Positions 53,401-64,000 of a DNA stretch of 64,000 nucleotides are shown one piece after another. A program made the position numbers and the translations under genes. Under the pieces are notes generated by a model. That model made no database searches. It was not told the DNA's origin and saw nothing but the letters and a program-made list of their open reading frames with translations. This DNA is from Rhizaria sp. SCN 62-66 (Eukaryota), in the NCBI GenBank assembly GCA_001724265.1, contig MEDY01000101.1:62001-126000 (forward strand), in the 5' to 3' direction. Every line of letters begins with the position of its first letter. Position 1 is the first letter of the stretch.

Positions 53401-56400
53401 CACTGAGTCGCTTGCTGTCTCGTTCTACCCAGTTTACCCTGCTAAAGTTCCTGCAGCTACCAACAAGGCAAGCGCTGCGAACACAAATGCTGCAAATGGT
53501 GCGAAGCAGGGGCGTTTTTATGCTCGGTACCATGGGCTCACTGCAGCGATCACCAACAGTCACACCGTGAGCAATCCCGCGACCGCTGAGTTTGTCGGAG
53601 CGAAGACAGAGACTGCGCGTGTTTACCGCGTGCCCGGTCCTCGCCGCACTCTGTTCACGGTCGACTCGTCATACACTGCGGCCAACCGCGCGCGCTCGCA
53701 CTCACTTCTCTCTGCGGCCGCGCCCGCACACTTGCACAGCGCCGTCCCTGTCAGTGCCCACAGCAGCAGTGCGAATCAGGGCGAGGTTGCGACAGTCTAC
53801 GCGGCGTGGTTCTCTACCTCGGCTCTTGCTCTCGCGCTCGCCCCGCGCCTCGTGCTCACTCGCACCGCGGTCGACGCCACCGGCGTGAACGCGAGCGCCG
53901 CCGCGCTGTCTCTGGAGTGCCACCGCCCCGCCGGCGGTCTGGCCCGGACCGTCGCGCCCGCCGCGCCCCGCGCCGCGCACTGGCAGCCCGACCGCGGGCT
54001 TCCGGCCCCGACGCGCGCCGGCGCCGCGCTGATGACGCACGAGCACCCCGCGGACCGGCTCCCACTGGCGGCGCAGCGCGCGCCGCTCCGCAGCACCGTC
54101 GCCGTGCTGGTGCGGCCCGTGCGCGTCGAGTTCGACGTGGGGCTCGTGGACCGCATCGACAGCATCATCGCCGCCATGGACCCGGTGACGGACTCCGCTG
54201 AGCGTGAGGCCAATGCGAATATTGCCTAGTCGGCTGCTACGGCTGCGGCTGCGGGCCTCTCTGGTTATGCGTGCGGCGACGGTCAGTCTGTCGTGTTGGG
54301 GCTTGACTCGGCGGCGGTTAACAGCTCTGCCTCCACGGCAACAGGCCAAGCCGCTGCGAAGCTGAGTACGCTGGCGACTACGCAGTGGCGCAGCAGCAAT
54401 TACATTACTGGCGCTGACTCCGATGGCAGCAGCGTGATGAGTGAGATGACAGCGCTCATGTCGACCCTGCTCCCAAGCACGAGCGCAATTAATAACGTGA
54501 ACGTCGCTGCGAACCCGAGTAGCACTGACGCTAACGGACGCGCGCTGTTGCAGCCTGACGTCGCTGGTGTCCTGGCCTCAGACGCCACGGCGTTGGGCCA
54601 CGCAGTGCTCGCGCTTGCGCTCCCGCTCTCTGCGCTGCCCGCCACTGTGGCATCGCTCGCCGCCACCGACTCTGCCGCGCAGGCCCGCGCTGCTGCCGCG
54701 CTGTCCGCCGCCCGCAGCGCCCGCGCTCTCGCCAGTCACGGCCACCCCGGCTCCGCCCCTGCTGCGCGCGCGCCGGCGTGCGTGCCGTACAGCGCGCTGT
54801 CCGTGCACTGGGCGGTAACTATGGACGCGATCACCGCGCGCATCACCGCGCCGGCGACGCGCCTCACGGTTTCCCCCCCGGCCGCCGGCGAGGTGACGCC
54901 GCTGGAGCGCGCCATGCACGGCGCAGTGTGCGCCGGTGTGGCGATGTTGGACACGGCCGCCGCGGTGGATCTGGCCGCGAAGCACGTCTCCAAGGTTGCG
55001 CAAGCGCTCTCTGTGCAGCAGAACAATCACGCCAGCGCAAGTATGAGCGGGAACTGCTTGCCTTTGGACCGTGCGATGGCGCCGCTCTCTGTGCTTGAGT
55101 CTACGCTCCGCGACTCCTTCGGCGCCAACGCGCGCGATCGCAGTGGATTCAACTCCCTGTTCGGCTTTGCTGACGCGTTCACTGCGTACGACGCAGCGGG
55201 CACGCCGGTGCATCCGCCGCGCTCTGTGTGGGTGTCGCGCGACCCGCTCACCGCTCTCTCCGGCCCCAGCTCCTTGCTCGCGCTGACGGCTGCGCACGCT
55301 CCTGGCGATGTGAGTGTGAAGCCGCTGCTGCTGGTGGGCCTCGACCGCCGCGGTGTGCAGCGCGAGCGCGAGTGGCTCGAGGTCGAGCTGGCCGCGCTCA
55401 CGGTCACTTCACGCGTGCAGAAGGCCGATGACGCGCTGTGGGGCGATACGACCTCTTCTGTCAGTGCGTCGAACGCCCCGCTGTTCCCGCCTCTCGTGGC
55501 TGCTGTGAGCGCTGCGAGCTCCGAGAGCGCGCGCCGTACAAGTGGCGTTCACGCGTCCGGCCCCGCTGCTTCGCAGCCACAGCAACAATCGCATACGCTG
55601 CCGCCCGCTGCAGCTGCTGCCAAGGCTGTCTGCGACGCGCTGCTTGCCCGTGCGCCCCAGTTTGCGCCGTCCATTACGCTTGACGCCAACGCCGCTGCTG
55701 ACGCACTGCGCGCACAGTGGATCCAGGGCAACAGCGGTGCGGCCGGTGCGGGCACCGTCGTTGTGCTGCCGGACTCGGTCGCGACGCGCATGCCTGTCGC
55801 TGACTTTGGCACTGAAACCTCGTGGTCATTCCTTCAATCTCCCATGAATCCCGTCAGCGTCAAAAGCAGTAGCAGTGGTGAGACGCCCAGCTCAGCTGAC
55901 GCCGTGACCGCGGCGGACCTGGCCGAACGCTTTGACTGGGCCGCGCTCAGCGCTCTGCTCTACGCGCCGCTGGCCTCGGCGCCCGCCGCGCGCCCGCGCG
56001 CGGGCCCCTACGCCGCGCTGCTGGCGAGCGCGCGCCGCCTGTGCGCCACGGCCTCCATGCCTGCGCTGGCGAGCGAGTGGGCCTGCGACCGGCCCGCGCT
56101 GCCGCACGCCGCGCCCGCGGTTGTCAGCTCGCCGCCGCCGGTAATGGCGTCCGTCGTGCTGCGCTTTGCGACCGCGAAAGTGTACTTGGTGACGGACGCT
56201 GCGCTCGCGAAAGACACGCCCGCTGCCTTTACCTCTGCGTGGGCCTCAGCATCAACTGTTGCTGTTAGTGCGAGTGCGGCGAAGCAGCCTGTGTTGGTGC
56301 GCAAGTGCATTGCAACGGTTGCGTCCGTCCTTACAGTCAACGAGCTCAGTCGCCGCTCTAAGCAACAACAGCACAGCGCGCCTCCCGCGTCGGCCATGAG

Positions 56401-59400
56401 TAGTCGCGGCACCTCGAGCAGCGGCGTGAGCCATAGCGAGCTCGCCCTGCGCGCCGTCGCCGTCGACGACGAGGTCGCGAGCCCATCCATCGTCATCTCG
56501 CTGCCACCGCGCGCCGCCGTTGACCCCGCGGTCTGCGCGCAGTGGGCGGAGCATTCCCGCGAGCTCTGGGCCGGACTCGTCTGCGCCGCGGCCGCTGCGG
56601 CTGCGAGCGTCATTGTCAGTGGCAGTGCCGACGGCTGGGGCTGTTTTGTTCCTCTTAACACCGCAAACGCGGCGCCTCACGCGCACGGCCACGGTCACAG
56701 TCACGGTCAGCAGCAAAAGGCGCGTCGCAGTTCTGTGGCCGAGAGCTCACCCAACAAAAACACGGTGTCCAACATCAGCAGCAGCAGCAGCAACAGCAGC
56801 AGTACTAGCTCTGCGTCTGCTGCGGCGAGCGCTCTGACCGCCGCGTCGCTGGCGTGCGCGTCGGGCAGCCTGCTCCCTGTGCCCACGGCCAACGGCACCG
56901 GCGCCCCGGGCGTGCCCGTTGCGCTGCTGCCCTCCGACGAGTCTTCGCAGGACCCGCTGCCGCTGCCGCGGGACGGCCCCGCCGCGGCGGGCGTCTCGGG
57001 CGCCGCGCTGCGCCGCGTGACCGACGTCGTGCTCTTCTCCGAGGGCTACGATGCCGTCGCGCTCGCCGCCGCGGCCGCCGCTGCCGCCCCCGGGGCTGTC
57101 GCGCGGTCCGCTGCGCGCGCGGTGCTGGCGCAGCTCCCGCCGCCGCAAACCGCGGCGCGCGTGTTCCCGCGCCTGTTGCTCGCCGGCGCGCTGCGCAGGG
57201 ACGCCGCCCGCGCCGCCGCCGCCGCCTTGGACAGCGCCGCCGCCGTGGAGGCGCTGCGCACCGGCGCGGCCGCGAGTCTGCTGGCCCGCGCGCGCGCCGC
57301 CGCCGCGGGGGCGGAGACGCTCGTGACAGTGACGCTGTCGTCGTGCTTGGTGGACCTGTCGCAGCGCGAGATGGCGCTGGTGACCGAGCTCTCTGAGGCT
57401 ATCTCCGAGGGCAACGGGTACCTGATCACGGACCCCGCGCTCGCCGTGCACACGGCGGTCATTCGCGCACAAGGTCCCAGCTCGACTGGCAACTCTGGCT
57501 CGACCGTTGATGCAGATGTTGCGGCTGTGACTGCGCTGGCCACTGCGCACTTGGGTGTTGTTCGCTGGGCATCCTCCTCTTCAACCAACGGCGACGTGAA
57601 CACCAACAGCTCTGCTGCTCGCGACTCTGCTGCTACTGCTCCGGAGGGTGGGTTCCTGCGCAGCCGCGTGCAGGCGCAGTTTGCTGACTGGCTGTCGAGT
57701 GTCTTCCGTGAGCGCCAACGCGTCGCCCGCGCGTCCGCCGTTGCAGCAATTGTGGCCATGCTGTTCACGTCCAGCGAACGTGAATTCGAGTCGGCTGGAA
57801 TTGACGCCACGATCCACGCGCGCGCTCTTCTGCATCGCCTGCGGGTCGCGTTGGGGTCCGCCACGTCCTCTGACACCTTGAATGTCGACATCAGGACCGC
57901 GCTGCAGTCGGCGGTGTACGGCGTTGACATCGATCTCTCACAGCTCCCTCTGTTTGCCATCAACCCCCACATCGCAACATCTTCGAACGTCACGTATTTC
58001 ACCAAAGTGCCTGAGTCGGAATCTGTCGCACCTGCCCCGGTTCTTGCTGCGCCTACTCCTACTGTTGCAAGCTCCGACGTGTATGGAACCAGCGGTCAAA
58101 TTGGCGGCGATGATGAAGAAGACCCTGACGCGGCCATCATGGCGTTGCACCGCGCCACGAGCCCTGAAATCGGTCCCAACTCCCTCGCCGCGCTGCCTCT
58201 TGCCGCCCCTGCCCCTCTTCCCGCCGCGAGTGCACCTGTTACGATTGACTCCGCTTCTGTCTCTGCAGCTCCTATTCCCACTCGTGTCGTACTCCCAACT
58301 GTCACTCTAGCTCAGACCGTAGATGCGAGCGCGAGCGCCAGTCCGGAGAGCATTGCTGCGCTCGTCTCCCGCTTTCTGTCCGACTTCGCTCTGCCGCCCG
58401 CGCTCGCGCCCATTCTCGCCCGCTCCGCGACGCTGCCCCTGCGCGCGCCGCTGCATGCGCCGGCGCGCCCCGCGGCGCCGCTCACGGCGCAGTCCGCGCT
58501 CGCGGGCCCCGCATCGAGCCGCGCGGCCCTGGCGCTTACACCGCTAGCGGTCACCGCGCTGCTGGGCGACGCGGCCGCGGTCCGCGCTCTGCTGCAGGCC
58601 GGCGCGCGCCCCGGGCCCGCGCTGGCTCTGCTGGCTTCAGCGCTGCTGCCGTTCGCCGCCCCCTGGGCTGCCGCTGCGAGCGCTAGTAACAGTGCGGACA
58701 CCACCGTGCTGATGAGCGAGGCCGACGGTGCCGCGACGCTGCGCGCGTGGCTCGTCCGCGCCGATCAGGACCCCGTCGCCGCGGCCGCGGGCGTGGCGGG
58801 CGCCGAGGCCGCCGTGCCGGGCGCCGTCGCCGTCGCGCGCGAGCTGCTGCGATGGCTCACCGGCGCTGGGTTCGTCGACGTCGCTGATGACGAGGTCGGC
58901 ACTGTGTACGACAATGGCAGCGCGGGCAGCAGAGGCAAGGATAGCGATAGCAGTCAGGACGATGGTGACGACGACGAAGCCGATGATGGCGCGGAGGATT
59001 TGAGTCGGTCGTCGTGGGGCGGCAGCAGCTCGAATGACTTATTCAGCTCGATTGTCCCTGGTTACAACGACAATACTGATGCTGGAACCGGCGACGCCGA
59101 CAGCAGCGCTCAGGCGCCGACTTCAGTCACGAATGCATCGAGTACCAGCAGGAGCCGTCTTGAGCAGTCACTCTACATGAGCCTTGCAGATCCCTCCGCT
59201 TCTGCTTCAAACATCAACAATGACGGATCTCTTCAGACAGATATCACTTCTGACGCGCAATCATTGGTTGTGACGCCTGAACTCTCTGCTGCTGCGCTAG
59301 CAACCGCGTTCGTGCGCTCCTTAGGCTCCGCCGGCAGCAGTCTCGAGCAGACCCTACTGCTGATGGCTGCTGTCAGTGGGACGGACAGTGAGCGTGACGG

Positions 59401-62400
59401 CGTTGCTGCGAACAATGGTCATGAACGTAACGGCGCTCTAGCTGCTCTTCGTGCGCAAATTGAGGCCTCGCTGCAGCAACACACTGTGATTGACGTTTAC
59501 AACACCAACACCGACAACGACAATGCACGTGACATGTCCGCACTGCTGCACCGCATGGTTTTACGCCATCTTGATTCACCAAGCAAGATTGGTTCCGCTG
59601 CAGCGCTTGGGCCTGTCTTTGCGCCCTCGCTGTCGAATGCAGCCCCCTCCGGAGGTGACCGCATTGTGGAGTGGTCTTGTGTCGACTTGACGCTGCCATC
59701 CGCGATCACTTCGCTCTCCAGCACCGGTTCTCATGGTGGCGGTGCAAGCGATATCAGTGTTACTGCTACCCCCGGTGCGTCTCTGCTTTGCGACGTCGCG
59801 ATTGTCGCGCGCACCGCAGCTGCTGCCTCAATCCCTCTTGTGGCGAGCGCGGAGGGTGTAGATGCTGCGGCTGCTGCCGTGGAGTCCGCGGTGTCCGGCG
59901 TAATCAGTCTGTACTCACCGGCACCTGAGACGGGCGTGTTGGCGCTGCCCGAGTCTGACGCAGACGCTGGCTCTAACACTAGCACAGACTCCGTGAGCAA
60001 GAGTGATACTGACAGTGATAGTGATGAAAGCGACAACGGCAATGTGCTCGCAGTCAGCAGCTCCCGGGCCGACACGTTGTGGCTCGAACTCGCTCTCAGC
60101 GCCGCCACCGCCGCTGCGCACGGTGTATTCGCCTCGCTCACCGCGACTGCGCAACTCGCGATCGAGGCTGCGCGAAACGGCACCGTGCCCAATGATCTTG
60201 CTGACGCCGTTTTCACTGCAGCTGACAGCGAGCTCAACGCCACGACTGAGGGGTCGAGCAGTAGCGAGCAACAAAGCGAGAACATTGTTGAGTTCGTGCT
60301 GATGGCGAATCCTGGTATGAGTGCGACCGCGTTGCTCCGTCACGCGCACATTCCCTCTCACGCTCGCGGCAACATGCAATCAGGCTCGCAGGCACAGACG
60401 CAGACGCAGAGTGCACCGGTCGATTCAGTTTCTGCGCAGACGCAGTTCTCGCCGTCCCCTGCGCCGGTGCAAATCAAGCGCGGCGGCCGCCACAAGATGC
60501 ACCTGCGTCTGTTCTGCCACACCGGCCTCGTCGTCTTCCACCAGTCGCCGCAGGACCCGGCCTCGTTGGGCTCCCTTGGCAGCAAGAGCAAGGCCAAGGG
60601 CGGGGCCGGTGTCGGTGTAACAGAGCCGGCGCCGGTGCGTTCGTTCGCGCTCGATCTCGCACAGCTTCGTGTCGCAGTGACGTCCCGTGTTTACGGACTT
60701 TCCGGCAACACTTCTGCCGCCGCAGCCCCAGGGAACGCTTCGACGGCCGCCGCCACACCGACGGTGGGCAGCAGCAGCGCCGACGCGCACGCGCACCCTG
60801 GCGCGGACACCCCCGCGTCTGGTTCGACTGTCGAGGTCGCGATCTCGGCCGGTGACGCGGTGCTGCGCGAGTTCGTAGCGTGCCTGCACCAGGGCGCCAA
60901 GGCCTGGCGGCAGATGCAATCGCGCGTGCGCCGCAGCTCGGTCATCGCGCAGAGCAGCACAAACAGTGCGAGCTCTCGCCACAGCTCCGGTGCTGCGTCG
61001 AATGTTGTCACTATGTTGAATGTGCCGCCTGTCCCCTACAGCGAGCTGCTGTGCACGCCGTCATTCCCCGTCCTCGCGCGGCTCTCCGAGGCCACCGAGA
61101 CAACCGGGAGCCACAGCACGTCAGCGAGCACAGTCAGCGTCTCCGGCATTCACCTGCGCACCTCAGCGCGTCTTGCGGCCACCATCGCTTCTGCGACTCA
61201 CAACACCGTTGACGGCGCCGAGTCGCACCGCGGCACCGACCCCAGCGAGGCCGAGGTCAGTGCGCGCGTCACTTCCGCGGCCGCCGCCGCCGCTGGACTT
61301 GACTTCGCGAACTCCGGCGCGGGCGTGACCGTGCCGAACCCCGTTCTTGCGCTGTCGCCGCGCGCGTGGAGCCTGAGTCCCGTGCTCACGGTCACCATCG
61401 CCATGGGGCCCGGCTGGGGCAAGAAGTCGCTCGCCGTGCCCACGGTCATCTCGCTCACCCGCGACAACGCCAACGCCAGTGCAAGTGCGAGTCCCAATGC
61501 CGGTGCATCTGACGCGGTGACCGTGAGCACCCCGGCGGTGCTTGTGGCGACCGTGGCCGACGTCGTTGCCTCTGCCAACACCGCCGCTGCGGCCGCGGAC
61601 GCCGCTGCGACGGCCGTGGCCACCGGCGTGACGACCGTACTTGCCCCCGCGGACTCTGCAGGGGCCCCCGCTGCGGCGCCTGAGACGTACTCGCTGCAGC
61701 GCAGCATCCGCGTTCCTGTGGTGTCGTCCAAGATCCGCGTGTTCGCGAGCAACCTCGCGTACTCGCACCCCGAGCCCACCACGGACTGGCTGATGGCGCT
61801 CATCGACGTGCTCGCGCCTTCGCAGCCCGCCGCGCCCGCCTCCGCCGCGGCCGCGACCGCCGCGGCGCGCGCGTGGGGCCGCGCGCTCAGCGGCAACAGC
61901 ATCAGCAGCACGGTGGCGAACAGTCTGGTGGCGTGGCGTGTGGTGTTTGACGACTCCGCGCCCCTCGCCCGCAGCGACGACGCGGCGGTCGCGGTGGTCA
62001 AGCAAGGCTTTGCCTGGCCCCGCGCCGCGTCGGCCTGGGCCACAGTCGCCGCGACCGTTGTCCCTGCATCACAGTCTCATGACAGCGCTGCGCAGACGAG
62101 CGAGAGCACCTCGGGATCAGCGCCCGCTGCTGTTTCCTTGGCTGCCAGCGTTATCGGTATCTCTGGTAGCTCGAGTGCGCAGGCACAGCAGGCGGTTCAG
62201 CACCAGTCACATCTACAGTCGCAGCTCGCCTTCGCCACTGGTGACGCCTCGCGCCGCCTGCTTCCCTGGCTCCCGCCCCCCGCTCTGCCCTCGACGCTCG
62301 CGCCCAGCTCCACCATTAGTGGCCGCTTCGCGTCTGTGGCTAGCCCGCCTAGCGTGCGCTACACAGTCACCGAGATCGCGGTCCGCGTTTCCGACTCGCT

Positions 62401-64000
62401 GCTCGACTATAACCCCGCCAACGCGGCCGGCCGCGCCGCGCTGCGCGTCGGGCTCGTCACCGTAGACCTCGCCAAGCAGCGCCAGCGCGCCGCTTGGCGC
62501 CTGCCCCAGTTCGCCACCGCGGCCGCGCTCGCAGCCGCCAACGACAGCACAGCGCCCAACAGCAGCGCCAGCAGCGCTGCAGCCCTGGCGGGTGGTGCTG
62601 TGGCGGGCGCGCTCACCGCCGCGCTGCTGCCCGGCGGCGCGGGCGAGCTGACCGCGGCGACCTCTTTGGGCGGGCTCGCGCTCACGGTCACCGCGCGCGG
62701 GCTCGCGCTACACGTACTCGACAGGGCGCAGAAGACCGGCTTTGCCGCCGTCGCGCCTGTGCCGGACTACCTGCCATGGCGCAAGCACGGGCGCTTTACT
62801 TCACATAACATCGCAGGTGTCAACGCCGGTAGCAGCAGTAGCGCTGCACGCAGCGTGAACACTGCGGCGAAAACCGCCGAAACTGCTGTGAATAAGCCGT
62901 TCTTGAACCAATACCAGCAGCAACAGCAGCAATCCCAGCAGCAGACCCTCTCACCCGAGCCCTCGGCCCCGGACGCGTCTGCGTCAGCCCTCGCGGCAGA
63001 CGCCGCAGTCGCCGACGCCTTCGGCGGCCTCGCGTCCGGCCAGGAAGCGCTGGCCCGCGACGTGCGGCGCTCTCTGCCCGCGGCCGTCGTGTCCCGCGCC
63101 GGCGAGGACGAGGAGGCCGCGTCAGACCCGCTGCTGCGGCCGCCACGCGCGCGACAGGGTCCCGCGCCGGTGTACGTGCCGTGGGCGCTCGCGCTGCTGC
63201 GTGCACGCGCCGAGGCTGTCGCCGCCTGTGCTCCCACTGGCCTGTACGTGTCGTGCCTGACGTCGCCGTTCCTCGCAGCCGTGCCGCGCCCGCGCCTGCT
63301 GCTGCCCGTCAGCGACAACGATGCGGGCAGCGCGACGGCCGCGACTGCTGCTGCGGCCGAGGACGCGACGGTGAGCGACTTCGTGGGCGCGTTCCTGCGC
63401 TCGCACTGCTTCATCAAGGTGTTCACCGTCGCATCCCTCTCGGTCTCCGTCGACAGAGAGCCCGGATGCGACTGCAACGGGGCGGACTCGGGCGCCACCG
63501 CAAAGGACACAGGTAGTGCGAGTGCAAGTGCTGACGGTAAATGCGGGTGCAATGGCGCGTGTGATGAGCGTCGCTACGACGTCGAGTCCGGCTGGAACTA
63601 CGCGACTCAGGTTACAGACCGGCTGAACCGCTACATCTCCGCTCTGCAGCTCGCGCGCGTCACCTCCACCAGCGCGAATAACACCGCGCCCGCGCTTGTG
63701 CTGCCGCTGTGTCTGTACTCGCGCGACACCACCGCGGCGCTGACCCCGGCCGCGGAGAGGCTGTTCCCGCCCGCCGCGCCGCCCGCGCCCGTGACGGCGC
63801 TGTCGCGCGTGCTCGCGCTTGCCTCCGAGGCGGGCCTCTCTGCACCGATGGGAGCCGCGACGTCGGCGGCCGCGGCGCACTGCAACGCGGTAGCCGTGGG
63901 CGCGACCTGCGTCAGCGCCGCCGCGGTGCTGCTCGGAGACATGGCACGCGCTCTCGGCCTCAGCAGCAGCGCGGGCACTGCGACGGACTCCGCAGCAGTG
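50417..64000 (+). CDS. ATG2: ATG2-like (chorein-N/VPS13 superfamily) lipid-transfer protein, >4,528 codons, 3' end beyond window; one in-frame TAG at codon 1271
   Basis: The N-terminus (LPRLVHFFGRRALNKYLAAPLQPAQIACSVTDGVLALTLTRLVFDPDRINALL...AAVARLALSLP) resembles the ATG2 chorein-N domain. VRPVRVEFDVGLVDRIDSII just before the TAG resembles an ATG2 ELDxSxxDRLxSLL segment. After the TAG the same frame encodes DWLMALIDVL (~61784-61813), TEIAVRVSDSLLDYNP (~62369-62416), ARGLALHVLD and FIKVFTVASLSVSV, in the order recalled for central ATG2 blocks. No stop seen from 54230 to 64000. Confidence 0.75.
54227..54229 (+). other. In-frame TAG inside the ATG2-like CDS (candidate recoded/readthrough codon)
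   Basis: GCG AAT ATT GCC TAG TCG GCT GCT ACG: coding-like composition is unchanged across the codon and 3,257 further codons are open. Confidence 0.7.

Noticed and set aside
1-64000. Prokaryotic systems (CRISPR, operons, IS elements), rRNA or tRNA genes
   Set aside because: Spliceosomal introns and eukaryote-specific genes are present. No repeat-spacer arrays or recognisable structured RNA genes were seen by eye, though small ncRNAs could be missed.

Overview
Nuclear DNA of a GC-rich, mitochondriate, flagellate (kinesin-II KAP3-bearing) eukaryotic microbe with short AT-richer spliceosomal introns. The lineage cannot be fixed from sequence alone. Six protein genes and one degenerate locus are present. 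These are a >5,000-codon unknown protein with a recurring helical motif (minus strand, runs off the left edge), a frameshifted Crinkler/RHS-type P-loop NTPase locus, a ~4,960-aa Sushi/REJ/GPS polycystin-1-like membrane protein, mitochondrial Hsp90 (TRAP1, 5 exons), KAP3 (10 exons), a ~2,100-aa unknown ARM-like/GNAT-like/PH-like protein, and a greatly expanded ATG2-like lipid-transfer protein (runs off the right edge). The supplied ORF track misses the two largest open frames because they have no stop inside the window. Main hypothesis: TAG is read as an amino acid (most likely Glu or Gln) while TAA and TGA remain stops. A single in-frame TAG interrupts each of two frames that stay open for thousands of further codons (14929-14931 minus; 54227-54229 plus). 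Three more TAGs sit in frame in the Crinkler-like domain. All four complete genes end in TAA or TGA. TAG is very rare, so consensus errors, nonsense alleles, leaky readthrough or TAG-ending introns are not excluded. All homology calls are from recalled motifs, not database searches.
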